Source: Octopus bimaculoides | Taxonomy: Eukaryota | Length of the DNA: 57,262 bases | NCBI RefSeq assembly: GCF_001194135.2 | Contig: NC_068996.1 | Span: 54,525,474 to 54,582,735, forward strand | Reading direction: 5' to 3' | Shown here: one piece after another, positions 25,560 to 37,961 of the stretch | Numbering within the stretch: position 1 is the stretch's first letter | Layout of the letters: every line of letters starts with the position of its first letter | Position numbers and translations under genes: made by a program | Notes under the pieces: model-generated | The model's input: the letters and a program-made list of their open reading frames with translations, nothing else | Database searches by the model: none | Told to the model about the DNA's origin: nothing

Positions 25560-27600
25560 GTATTCAAAGAAGAGTGTATATATATATGTATGTGTATAGG
25601 AGAGAGTGTGGTCAATGGCCTTGGTATGCTTCTGTGTATATCTGGGATGGGTCTTTCTTATTTTACAAGTAGTCATAGAACATATTTTAAAATTTCTTTT
25701 TTAAAAAAACGTGTTGGGGTGATGTGAGGTTCTTTATGAGTGTTCATGAGTGATGTTAGCTGTGAAATTATTCAAAGACCTATCTATCTTTAAAAGCCTA
25801 TCTATCCTTATAGATTTTTAATGAGTGGTGTTTTCATGGCTAAATGGGTCTGGTGTCTTGTATTTATACGAATTTACAAGTATAACTGGGAGTTATACTT
25901 GTAAGTATGCAATGCGTAAACATTCGTTTTCTTATGTTCGTTGGCCTCTGTGTGTGTATTTGATGTGGCTGTTGTAGGATTTCATTTTCGATGAGATGAA
26001 GTTTTGTTTCCCGTCTTGGAAAAATTGTGTATGAGTAGATAAGATGTCTAGTGATATGTAGTGAAACTACCTCTCTCACGGTTATATATTAACAAATGCG
26101 AGCGTAGCAGAAAACACCTCTTTCCCGCCTTGCTGTTGTCCATCACCTGACTGACTATTATTTGAGCGGCAATTGTCTCCAGTCCGTTCGCCCCAGGACG
26201 CAAACCGACCAGCCACTAATAAGGTCACGTGATAGAGTGTTTTTTCTAATGCTTTTTGGAGCCCCTATTTTCCTATAAATAGCCTAAATTATCCGCGCCA
26301 ATTCGTCGTGGCTCAGATCCTCACAGATCTGGTCGTTGACCACACGCGTAACACAGCCAGCCAGTTTTCCAGCGACGACATCAACAACATCGTTCAACTT
26401 CCCCGACGTCAACACGACTCTACGTACACAAGCTACCAAACAGTCACCGCAGCTTCTCAACCCTGTTTGTGTGATTTGCTCACCACGAAATTAACAACCA
26501 GAACTCAACCTGCGAAGAACATCTGTATCAAGAATCCGGCCCGGCATCGAAGCCTCAACATCACGACAAGTGACTTAGCTCTGCCTTAACCTTAACCTCT
26601 TATATACAGACAATCTAACTACTGTGTACCTTAACAGAACTGGTATCTTATTATCCTGTGTTACTGACTCTAATCAATACTATGTATCTCTCGCATTTAC
26701 ATACATGTATTACTTGCACACACTCTTTTGTTTACATGACAGCCAGTCTTATATTGTGTTTTATTATGTCGCATTCACACACACAGACATACAGTTTAAT
26801 GCTCCAATAAATCTTACTGTTATACATCTTTATCGGTTGCGTTCCTATCTGTTTCCTTGCTGGCAAACTTCTTAGTTCCCTATTTTATAGTATTATAACC
26901 TATCATCATTCTATTTTGTGTCGACCGTGTGACGCGTTAAAAAAGGAGCCTGTTTTCCATTCGTCACCATTTCTCCTTTGGTTCGCACGGTCGTTTCTTA
27001 CAGATATATTGTTTGTCTGTTCTTTGAGTTTGTAGAAATGTGTGCATACGCATGTGCATACACACGGTGATATTATGTATACATGGTTTGGGCGGGGAGG
27101 TATATTGAGATAGTGGATGTATAAATGTGCGTGTTGCAAGTTATGAATGTGTGTGTGTTTTTCTTTTCTTTTATATATATGGGGCGGGTGGGATGCGTGC
27201 ACGTATGTGTGTAAAGTTTATGTGTACGTCTGTGAGTGTGGGTTTGTGGTGCTTGTTTTATCTCGTTTGGAGTTCGGATGTTTTTTTTTAAATGAATTTA
27301 ACTTTATGTCTGCATCGTGATACGATCTCATTTCTCTTCTTTAGAATGTGTACATTTTGTGTGGTTATGTGACGCCAACGTAGTTCCTTTCTGTTTGTCC
27401 TTTCTATGAAATTATTGCTTCGTAGATTATGTTTGTAAACAGTTTCCATGTAATGAACATATCCTTGTTCTTTTGAAGTTGTACGAGTATATGTTGCGTG
27501 TTTCTAGGTGCGATATGGTTTAATGCTTGTATGATGCATTTTATGTATTTTGTGTAGCTGTAGCTGATTTTTGTATTGATTCTGTTGACTAATTTGTGGT
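25560..27600 (-). mobile_element. Decayed Penelope-like GIY-YIG/C-terminal fragments, interrupted by the solo LTR at 26057-27002
   Basis: NIIYEAIIS...ERNYVGVT and RNEIVSRCRHKVKF near 27300-27430. FYKLKEQTNNI|SLDILST reads continuously across the LTR insertion point. Confidence 0.55.
26057..27002 (+). mobile_element. Solo LTR, copy 1 (946 bp)
   Basis: Ends TGTAGTGAAAC...GTTTCTTACA; TSD GATA (26053-26056 and 27003-27006); CACGTG at 26226, TATAAATA at 26274, AATAAA at 26806; homologous to 35905-36872. Confidence 0.9.
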
Positions 27601-28177
27601 ATTGGATTTTGTTGGAAAATGCTTGATGATTAGTGATAGAAAGGTGTGTGATACATTCGTTGCTACATTTAGGCTGAAGAATGGGTTAGAGAGCGTAACA
27701 GCTAAAAGATATATATATATATATATTTACTCTCTTGATATAATTACTTCTATTGCTTACTTTCAAAAGACAGACAGACAGTTAGATAGATAGACAGATA
27801 GACAGACAGACAGATAGAGAGACAGATAGATAGATATTAAATCTGTTATTCTTAAACGGGAATATTATTGACAGTGACTTCGAAGTTTTGGTCGGTTATG
27901 CTATCGTCGGACTGTAATACATAATACATATAATATATGGATATTTAATTTATATATGATATGTATTATGTCTATATTATGTGTGCCTTTACATATATAT
28001 AACACATATATGCATTGCATTTGTGTATTAGTATGTGTGTGCGTATGTGTGTAGACATGTGTATATGGCTTTGTGATTGTAAGGTGTGTGTGTGTGTGTG
28101 TGTGTGTATTCGATTAGAAGTTGTATTAACCTCATTCAGTCTGCTACAAACATATAAAATATCCAAGGGTATATTTT

Positions 28178-28263
28178 CCCCTCTGAAGATATTACGCCCG
28201 GCTCATATAAATTTAATATTTACTTAATATTTACTGACCATTAATTGAAACAGCTGTAGGAAT
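28178..28263 (+). ncRNA. Degenerate hammerhead ribozyme (ACAGCTGT stem III type)
   Basis: CTGAAGA (28183-28189)...GAAA-CAGCTGT-A/GGAAT; stems I and II weak. Confidence 0.4.
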
Positions 28264-28364
28264 GACGATTAATTTGCTGTTAATAATAAACAATTATTAA
28301 TTTATCAATCTTCATTTTCTTTTTCTTGTTACATATATATATATGCATATATACATATATATAT

Positions 28365-29022
28365 ATATATATAAGAGAGAGAGAGATTCTGTCTGTTTGT
28401 GTGTTTCTTCGCTTGTTTGTCCACTAAAATGAAAGTAAATGGTTCAGGGGAAGCTATTATGTATATGTATCAATCTATCGATCTATTATTATTATTATTT
28501 TATATATATATAAGAGAGAGAGATTCTGTCCGTCTGTGTGTGTTTTCGTTTGTTTTTCCAACAAAATGAAAGTAACTGGTTCAAGGGAAGCTATTATACT
28601 TTTTCTATATCTCCTATTATGCTATTGCCTAATTTGTCTCAACAAAAATTATGCAATGGTACAACACTAATTGTGCACAAAATTTTGAAGAACTGCATTG
28701 ATGCAAAAACTCTCACCGTCTTTATTCTTCCCATACCAGTTGTCCCATATAATGTCCCATTCTAATTTAAGCCGTTACAGTTTCTAACTTCATTCACGTT
28801 CAAACTGGATCTTCCAATTCTCCTTTGGTACACCGCCTATTCAAACGTCAAAAAGATCAGTGGCAAATGGATGTCCCTCGTAACCTGTAGCCTTTTCAGT
28901 ACCATCGCAGTTACCTGGATGCCGTAAAGCTATTCTTCTATATGATACACCCATTTTTCTAGTTTCTCGGCCCGAGAAACAGTAAAAGTAATTACCCGAT
29001 CAACGACGCGTATTACTGCTAG
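28365..29022 (+). mobile_element. Non-autonomous Helitron with a PIF1-like helicase fragment
   Basis: MLLPNLSQQKLCNGTTLIVHKILKNCIDAKTLT...LPIPVVPYNVPF*FKPLQF; 3' end CTAG|T at 29019-29023 after a GC-richer subterminal stretch; 5' segment duplicated in tandem. Confidence 0.8.
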
Positions 29023-29178
29023 TATAAAATATAAGTAAGATTCAGTTGAAGTAGGTACTTAAATTGAGACACCATTCTGTCAACTGAAATAGTAGCAGAA
29101 TCACAGTAAATGATTTTGTTCCGTGGATTTAAAACTATGTTAAATCATTCTGAATGTCCTTTATTTTGAAGTTTATGA

Positions 29179-29265
29179 ATTCATCTGATAAAAACGGTTT
29201 CTTTGCAATGATGTAATGCTTTCATTAATCAATTAAAGGAGTCGTTAGAAACAGCCGTAATGGAT
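29179..29265 (+). ncRNA. Degenerate hammerhead ribozyme (same family as 33042-33124)
   Basis: ATTCAT-CTGATAA-AAACG...CGTTA-GAAA-CAGCCGT-A/ATGGAT. Stem I 6 bp; core G8 mutated. Confidence 0.4.
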
Positions 29266-30667
29266 TGACACATATACCGCTACTGTTATACATTTATATT
29301 ATATATAGATATATATATATGTATGTATATGTTATATATATATACTATTATTATTATTATTATTTTATGTTTGACTTTTGTTTTGCATTTGTACAAGTTG
29401 GATCCAAGTCTCACCCAGAGACCTCAAGAGACAACAAGTTAGAAGTTCATGTAGGTGTTATGCCTAGGGTACCATATATTTGGATTTGTACAGTTTTGTT
29501 CAAGTGAATGTTTAAGAAACCATAAGAAAATTATGTGTTTGCTTTAAAATTTGAGATCACATAGACAGTATTTTACGTAGGATATGGGCAGTTCCCATGA
29601 GCACTATCTTTTGAACTTCAGCCATTTTGGGGTTTCCTGGAATCTGATCTAGGTAGTAATCAGCCCGTTTCGCTATCATTCCCAGGGCACCTATGACAAT
29701 AGGTATTGTTTTCGTCTTCAGATTCCACATTTNNNNNNNNNNNNNNNNNNNNNNNNNNNNNNNNNNNNNNNNNNNNNNNNNNNNNNNNNNNNNNNNNNNN
29801 NNNNNNNNNNNNNNNNNNNNNNNNNNNNNNNNNNNNNNNNNNNNNNNNNNNNNNNNNNNNNNNNNNNNNNNNNNNNNNNNNNNNNNNNNNNNNNNNNNNN
29901 NNNNNNNNNNNNNNNNNNNNNNNNNNNNNNNNNNNNNNNNNNNNNNNNNNNNNNNNNNNNNNNNNNNNNNNNNNNNNNNNNNNNNNNNNNNNNNNNNNNN
30001 NNNNNNNNNNNNNNNNNNNNNNNNNNNNNNNNNNNNNNNNNNNNNNNNNNNNNNNNNNNNNNNNNNNNNNNNNNNNNNNNNNNNNNNNNNNNNNNNNNNN
30101 NNNNNNNNNNNNNNNNNNNNNNNNNNNNNNNNNNNNNNNNNNNNNNNNNNNNNNNNNNNNNNNNNNNNNNNNNNNNNNNNNNNNNNNNNNNNNNNNNNNN
30201 NNNNNNNNNNNNNNNNNNNNNNNNNNNNNNNNNNNNNNNNNNNNNNNNNNNNNNNNNNNNNNNNNNNNNNNNNNNNNNNNNNNNNNNNNNNNNNNNNNNN
30301 NNNNNNNNNNNNNNNNNNNNNNNNNNNNNNNNNNNNNNNNNNNNNNNNNNNNNNNNNNNNNNNNNNTTATTCAGTAGTTTTATTTTTATAACGTGCTTTC
30401 ACTTCACTACCGAGCGCAGCTCTGTGCGCCTTGGGTATGTGCTGTGGTTTGCTGTGGTGCTCTTATGTTTACTGTATTGAAAGTGTTTTGCGTAGAATGT
30501 GTGCAGTACTCAGTAGTGCAATTTTCTGTATGTTATATATATTTGTAAGTCCTGCTATTTTTGTTATGTATTTGTCTGAATATTTTTTTATTATACCTAA
30601 GGCACCTACTATGATAGGAATTATTATAATATTATTATAGGAATTATTATTATTATTATTATTATTA

Positions 30668-30710
<43 letters not shown>

Positions 30711-30769
30711 TACTACTATTACTATTATTACTATTATTACTATTATTATCATCATCATTATTATTATTA

Positions 30770-31019
30770 CAAGCTGGCCCCGTGCAGTAAAAAATGACGG
30801 CTAATTGTAGTATTTTATATGTAAAAAAGGGTACAAAATGTGAAGAAAAAAGAGTGCTTCAACTCTATGTGAGTGTGTGTATGTATGTGTGTGTGTATGT
30901 ATGTGTGTGTGTGTGCGCGCGCGTGTATGTGCATATGTATACATTTATATGTATGAATTGCACAGTCTGTAGCGAACGCGGTTTTCTATACTTCGTCACA
31001 GCCTGCTTCCTTCCTTTTT

Positions 31020-31117
<98 letters not shown>

Positions 31118-31242
31118 ATGTATATTGTAAATGGGCGTCTGTAACTATATTTTGTAAGTATCGTTCTAAATAAACATACACAAACACATACAAAAATGTA
31201 AAGGCTTTTTATGAAAAGTAACGATAGATATATATAATTAGA
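30770..31242 (-). mobile_element. Non-autonomous Helitron-like element
   Basis: Minus strand A|TCTAATTATATA 5' end; 3' CCGTC...GCACGGG hairpin then CTTG|T; internal (GT)n. Confidence 0.5.
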
Positions 31243-31589
31243 TGAACTGAGGTAGGAATAAAAGTAATAAAAGTCATTACTGTGAATTGTTAAAGAGATT
31301 CAAAAGCATACCGGTTTCATAATGTTATTAATCATTGCTTTGAATGCACACCGATTACTGAACGGTATCAGGTCTACTAGTCCCTGAGTAAAAAGATTAT
31401 GTGTAAGGGAGGTAAGTAGTTCTGGATTTGGTGCAGTTAGGGTAGATATAGATCTGGAATGTGAATGGTGCATGGGGGTTAGTGGTATTAAATGAAAGGT
31501 TAGTAGTGTTCTGTATTATGTTATGTGTTCATATTGAGATGTGGAAGATATTTATTGATAAAAGTTGCCTCTTTATTCATTCTTTGCTG

Positions 31590-31690
31590 TACCAGTTACA
31601 CACTGAGGTCGATGTAATCGACTTAATCCCTTCCCCCAAGTTTGAGGCCTTGTGCTTCCAGTAGAAAGAATTATTATTACTATTGTTATT

Positions 31691-31722
<32 letters not shown>

Positions 31723-31938
31723 AAGGCGGCGAGCTAGCAGAACCGTTAGCAAGCAGGGCGAAATTCTTAGCGGTATTTCGCCCGTTGCTACGTTCTGAGT
31801 TCAAATTCCGCCGAGGTCGACTTTGCCTTTCATCCTTTCAGGGTCGATAAATTAAGCACCATTGAAACACAGGGATCGATATAATCGACTTAACCTCTTC
31901 TCTAAAATTTCAGGTCTTGAGCCGAAAACAGAAAGGAT

Positions 31939-31940
<2 letters not shown>
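31590..31940 (+). mobile_element. Family-A SINE 3' half plus a full family-A SINE in tandem
   Basis: 3' half with an (ATT)(CAT)n tail, immediately followed by the AAGGCGGCGAGC head at 31723. Confidence 0.85.
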
Positions 31941-31959
<19 letters not shown>

Positions 31960-31970
<11 letters not shown>

Positions 31971-32565
31971 TTATTATTATTCAGTGAGAGAACAATCTGT
32001 GCGACCAAAGTGGCACTGGGGTACAAATATAAGAAGCCCAGTACACCCTTAATGACTGTCCGTCTGATAAGGGTGTACCAGGCACGTGCATCACAACCAT
32101 ATGTGCATGACATAGTGATCTCATACCAGGATAAACAGCGCGTGACCTTGTATGTGGGGCGCAGTTAGAATTTTCTTCAAGTGAAATGTTCGTGTCACAC
32201 ATCAGCTCAATCTCTCCATCACACCTTCAGGTCGAGTAGCTCATCCCACTCAAAAGGTCCCTGAATAAGGTTTGTTTAATGATGATGAATAAAACACCCA
32301 TGTTTCCAAAGGTGAATTATTCAAACCCCAAACAATTCCTCTCAACACATGGCTATGATGCTCCCCCACTACTTCTGCTCATTATCAGAGATGCACATAT
32401 CGTCATCCACCAAGGGACATGCTCAACTGGTTAAGGTCAAACAACTGACAAGCAAATCTGTGGTATTGAGCAGAATATTTGCTGTAGCCCATCTTTTATA
32501 TCAAGAGAAAACAATGTACATGATAACACTTCCAATCAGTTAAGATCAGAGGCTATGAGAGCCGA
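31960..32565 (-). repeat. Probable retroposon (SINE or LINE 3' end) with an AAT/AGT tail
   Basis: About 600 bp of non-coding mixed-composition sequence ending on the minus strand in the trinucleotide tail at 31940-31980. Confidence 0.4.
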
Positions 32566-32569
32566 CGCC

Positions 32570-32845
32570 TATAACTGAAGAACTTGCGGAAGATCCTTCC
32601 TTGGGAAAGGTAAATACTACTATTAAAAAAATTCCAGTAGTAAAGATCTTGGACAAGACGGTATTCCCATAGAAGCAACTTGAGTGTACGTGATAATTAC
32701 AGGAGAATACGTTTGTTGTACACAGCTGGAGAAATTCTTGCGAAGGTAATTCTTAACCTCATCAATAAACATGTAGTGAACTGCGTATATCCTGGCACCC
32801 AAAGTAGATTTCGGGCTGGGAGAGGCACTGTTGACATGATTCTCC
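32570..32845 (+). mobile_element. RTE LINE RT fragment
   Basis: GQDGIPIEA, DNYRRIRLLYTAGEILAKVILN, QSRFRAGRGTVDMI. Confidence 0.8.
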
Positions 32846-33041
32846 CCTTATTCTGTAATCTTACTCCCACTATAATTTCTTCCCTACCTCCCTCCCTGAT
32901 CCTGTCACCCTAATGATTTTTCCTGTATAAACTACTAACTAGGATAAGTAAATCATTCTTTGATTGAAGCTAGCCAGGAATCATGAAATGGCACATAATG
33001 TTGATCCTTGGAATGTTTTTTTTAATGTTTAATTCGTGTAT

Positions 33042-33124
33042 ATTCGCCTGATGGAAACGGTTTTATCACATCATGTAATAACTTTATTTAAAAACAAAGC
33101 TCGTTTGAAACAGCTGTAGTGAAT
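33042..33124 (+). ncRNA. Type-I hammerhead ribozyme with one core substitution
   Basis: ATTCGC/GTGAAT stem I (6 bp), CTGATGG, AAACG/CGTTT stem II, GAAA, palindrome ACAGCTGT; GUA triplet with predicted cut after 33118. Confidence 0.6.
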
Positions 33125-33414
33125 GACCCAAATTCAATCTGTTGTTATTTATTTATGATTCACCTTACTCAGAACCTGAGGATCTGGAGTTTATTAAGTG
33201 CAGTACAATCGGTGCAGTGGGTGTTCCTAGGTATAGGCTTGATATTCGTGATATAGTCAGTCAGACACAATTAGTCGTATATGCAACTGGAATATCAATC
33301 CGTCTGTACGTATTTGTTCTTCTAATTTTGTTTTGTACGTGATTGCTGTTTCTTTGAGCCGAACTTGGTACTTTACTATTTAAGTACCTGATTCACTCGA
33401 ATCCTGAACTCTTT

Positions 33415-33517
<103 letters not shown>

Positions 33518-34803
33518 AAGAGAGAGAGAGTGCATGTAAGTTGTAAGCATGCATCAGTGTATTGTTTATATTAGAGTGAAGGAAGTTCTCATCTGACAGA
33601 ATCCGCTTTGGTTCTCATCTGACAGAATCCGTATCAGAAGCCATTATAAAATTCCTCTGAATGTAATAACATTTAAATACAACGTATTTTCCATTCACAA
33701 CATATTTTCCATTCACAGTCCCCTACGGACTACATATCAAGCTTGATTAACAATGACCGAATTTGCGATTAGATTCTTTTGTAATCCAAACACGAGTGAA
33801 TCTGTATAATTCATTTAACGCTTAAAAGTCCTTTAGTTCTTTCTCCATATAGATCTTCCAGAAGTTTGATGGACTGCAGTTAGTCCGGGATAAAAATCAT
33901 AAAAATATAACTATTACACGAATTTGGATAAAATTTGATGGTCGGATGCAATGATTGTCGGTGGCATGTTTCCATGTCATTTTCATACACCCACGTAGGT
34001 TCAACAAAGATAAGTTGATTACACATAGGTGTTTTCTCAAATATTTACTAAATATTTATTTTTGTCTCAGAGATGAAGTTTTGTTCTTTGTAACTCAGAA
34101 AATGTGTAAATCACATTAGAAAAACTATCCTGAGATGTTTTCATCCCTTCCGTTAATATAATAGAAATGGCGTTTCCCCGTTTAATCGCTCAGTCAGACA
34201 ATAGTTTTTTTTTCCTTTAAAAAATTTGAAAGAATAATCAATGGGTTTTGCTTTTAAGTTCAAAGGTTTGGTAAGAACCACATAAATAATGAAAACATCC
34301 ATGTAATGGCTAACTACATGATAACTCTAATCCTGCTCAGAATCAATAAATCTCAATATCGTTTCGATCAATAGTTTATATAGGTGACACCGAAGTAGTA
34401 CAGATTATTTTCTCCAAATCTTAGCTCTCTTTCTCTAATTAAATCATTAACAAATAATAGATAAATCATTTATAAATAATATCATCAAACTGTAATTTAC
34501 TCTATTAGATATTACCAACCAAATATTCGAAAATCGAAGGAAGGAAAATCAGGAGAAATACATTCAATTAACCACAAAAGCAATAAACACACATAGCATA
34601 AACAGGAAGTCTTTTAACAAGTTCTTTATATATATATATACATACATACATATATGTATATTGTCCTTTACTTATCTCTCGTGTGTTTACGTATTTTTCA
34701 CTCGTTGGTGGTGTCCTGTACACAATGTGTATTTTTCATTTCATTTATTTATAATCGAACGCTACGCACGCTTGCCCACAGTATGTCCATACATCAATAT
34801 ATA

Positions 34804-35165
34804 CAGGGTTGGACAAAATAATGGAAATGCCTTAAAATTTCAAACAAATTTATTTTAATATGGAGTAGGAGTGCCTTTGGCAGTAATTACAGCTTGAATT
34901 CTACGAGGTGTGGACTCGTACGAAGTTTGAATTGTTTCCAAAGGAATTTTTGTCTATTCTTCAGCTAAAACAGTCTCCAGTTCTTGTAGTGATGATGGTG
35001 GAGGATATTGACTCCTTATTTGTTTTTCTAAAATGCACCATAAATATTCAATAATATTGAGATTTGGGGACTGTGGCGGCCAGATAAGATGTTCAACTTC
35101 ACTAGGATGTTCCTCGTGCCATTCAGTAACAACTTTAGTTGTGTGAATTCGTGTTTTTTCCACTG
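34804..35165 (-). mobile_element. Tc1 (DD34E) transposon 3' end
   Basis: IHTTKVVTEW...WPPQSPNLNIIEYLW...RRIQAVITAKG; terminal TA|CAGGGTTGGACAAAATAATGGAAA. Confidence 0.88.
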
Positions 35166-35169
35166 CAAT

Positions 35170-35372
35170 ATTGAAGTGGTTACTGAACACTAGATCCAAG
35201 GTGTTTTGTGACGCCTTGTTGGTTCACGAACAAGTTGGATCATGAAAAACTCATCCATGAAATCAAAAATCAATTCCATTGCTTCCTTATCAGGAGTTGA
35301 GGTGGACAAACCTGGTTTCAAGCTGTTTGTGGACCAATCAACACTGGAAAGGTTGAAATCCCCCATCATTAA
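35170..35372 (-). mobile_element. CR1/L2-type LINE apurinic endonuclease fragment
   Basis: LMMGDFNLSSVDW...FMIQLVREPTR...LDLVFSN. Confidence 0.75.
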
Positions 35373-35374
35373 TA

Positions 35375-35423
<49 letters not shown>

Positions 35424-35604
35424 AGATTGCTTAGTTTGAACTGAATTACGTGCGACCCAAGACTCTGCGACATTTACAAGACTTTAAGAATTACTGAAGA
35501 ACGTCAAACACTTTACTTTCTGAAGTATAGTTCATATTATTTTGTATCTGTAAGCCATGTGCTACCAAACTATCGCAGAGGAATGTGTATGTGCGTGCGT
35601 GTAT

Positions 35605-35822
35605 GTGTAAGATATGTCTTTTATCTTTTACTAGGGCACGACTTGGAGAATTTTTTGCCAAGTACTTTTTTTAAGCCTGGTACTTATTCTATCAGTTCTT
35701 TTGCCAAACTGCTAAGTTACGTAGACGTAAACACACCAACACCAGTTGTCAAGCGGTAATAGGAGATAAACAGGCACAAAGACACACACATACACAAGCA
35801 CACACGCGCGCACACACACACA

Positions 35823-35859
<37 letters not shown>

Positions 35860-37080
35860 AAGAAAGTTAGAGGTTGTGAATCCAACCAACTAAGGGATAA
35901 TATCTGTAGTGAAACTAACCTCTATCACCATTATATACAAACAAGTGCGAGCGTAGTAGAAAACAACTCATTCCCTGTCATCACCTGACTGACTATTCTT
36001 TGCGCGGGTAAATTATCTCCAGTCCGTTCACCCCAGGACGAAAATCGACCAACCGTAGCCCCTAATAAGGTCACGTGAGAGTGTTCTTCTGATGCTTCTC
36101 TGGAGCCTGTCTGTATCTATAAATAGCCTGCTAGATACCCGCCAATTCGTCGCGGCTCAGATCTTCTGAGATCTGGCCGCTGATCACACACGCGTAACAC
36201 AGCACCAACTAACCAGCCAGTTCCAGCGACGACATCAACAACCACTTCAACTACGTACTACCAGCATCGCCGCCAGCGTCAACATGACTTCTACACGTAC
36301 ACAAGCTACCAAACAGCCACCGCAGTTTCTCAACCCTGTTTGTGTGAATCGCCTCACCACGAAATAACAGCCAGAATTCAGCCTGCGAAGAACATCTGTA
36401 TTCAAGAACCCGGCCCGGCATAGGAGCCCCAACATCACGACGAGTGACCGCTCTGCCTTAACCTTAACTTCTTACATACAGACATTAACTACTGTGTACT
36501 CTAACTAAGAACTGGTAAATTCTTATCCGTGTTACTGACTCTAATCAATACTATGTATCTCTCGCATTTACATACATGTATTACTTGCACACACTCTTTT
36601 GTTTACATGACGGCCTGTCTTATATTGTGTTTTATTATGTCGCACACACACACACAGACATACAGTTTAATGCTCCAATAAATCTTACTGTTATTCATCT
36701 TTATCGGTTGCGTTCCTATCTTGTCTTTCCTGGCAAACTTCTTAGTTCTCTATGTTATAGTATTATAACCTATCATCATTCTATTTTGTGTCGACCGTGT
36801 GACGCGTTAAAAAAGGAGCCTGTTTTCCATTTGTCACCATTTCTCCTTTGGTTCGCACGGTCGTTTCTTACATATCTATCCAATATACTGCTGGTATAAT
36901 ACCCAATTATATATATATATATACATACAACAGGTTTCTTTCAGTTTCCATCTACCAAATGCGCTCACAAGGCTTTAGTCAGCCCTAGGCTATAGTAGAA
37001 GACACTTGCCCAAGGTGCTACGCAATGGAACTGAACCCGGAACCATGTGGTTGGGAAGCAAGCTTCTTACCACATGACCA
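35605..37080 (-). mobile_element. Family-B SINE split at its central microsatellite by nested insertions
   Basis: 3' half at about 35605-35800 and 5' (tRNA) half at about 36925-37080, with the solo LTR between them. Confidence 0.7.
35905..36872 (+). mobile_element. Solo LTR, copy 2 (968 bp)
   Basis: Ends TGTAGTGAAAC...GTTTCTTACA; TSD TATC (35901-35904 and 36873-36876); CACGTG at 36072, TATAAATA at 36118, AATAAA at 36677. Confidence 0.9.
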
Positions 37081-37475
37081 CGTGTATACATTTTACATTT
37101 ATATTCGAAGGCATTCAAACCACAATCTTACTGGGTTTTTTTTGTTTTTTGTTTTTTGTTTTTTTAGAAATATGTTATCCAGTTGGTTCCGCCCTTATTT
37201 AAGACAATAGGACGATTAAGATTTGGCTGCTGTGTTTAGCGGTAAGACTTATGACAGTCCAGCTAGTGTTGTTTTACCTCCATGCTTTGATCGAAGACTT
37301 TCCTACCATGACGGTGTCATTTTATATGACGACATTATTGAATATGCCCATCAATTTTTAAGAACATCACGATTTAAGATTTAGTTGCTATTTCCAGCAG
37401 AATAACCAATCACACCGAGGTTCTTGATATTCCTGTGTTATATATGCATGTGTGTACATATATATATATATATAT

Positions 37476-37684
37476 AATATAATACGTGACAATTATTTGG
37501 TTGCTATAATAAAACTCCGAGTTTCGGATGTTATTTACATAGTAATTTCCCTTTGTTTAACGATCATTTTCATAGCGTTTTTGCTTGTCTTAATAACTGA
37601 CGAGATGCGAGAGCAGAATTCCACCCCGACATTCGAAACTCGGAGTTTTATTCTGGCAACCGAATAATTGTCACATATTATATT
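37476..37684. repeat. 56-bp inverted repeat (37476-37531 / 37629-37684)
   Basis: The arms are reverse complements with 5 mismatches. Confidence 0.9.
37592..37652 (+). ncRNA. Type-I hammerhead ribozyme candidate
   Basis: AATAA/TTATT stem I, CTGACGA, GATG..CATTC stem II with a bulge, GAAA, quasi-palindrome ACTCGGAGT; GUU triplet with predicted cut after 37647. Confidence 0.6.
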
Positions 37685-37894
37685 ACAGATAAATTCCTCT
37701 ATTTATATATCGAGGTCTCATTCATTTTGTTGTTGTCAAGCCGAAATTGCAAACATAATCTGGTACTCGACTGAGGATAGAAAACTCCGAATGACTCGTC
37801 CTTGTTTTCCTATTATCTTCTGTCTGGATGTTTTGTTGTCCCTTTTTTGTATCACCTAACTGTCTGGATGTTTTGAGTTCTTGTCTCCTTTTTG

Positions 37895-37935
<41 letters not shown>

Positions 37936-37961
37936 CTTTCTAAACTTATGAACTTTCTAAA

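Noticed and set aside
29630-29730. Minus-strand CTGAAGA...GAAA motif
   Set aside because: The core is sequestered in a 10-bp inverted repeat (TGGAATCTGA/TCAGATTCCA) and no UH site is in register.
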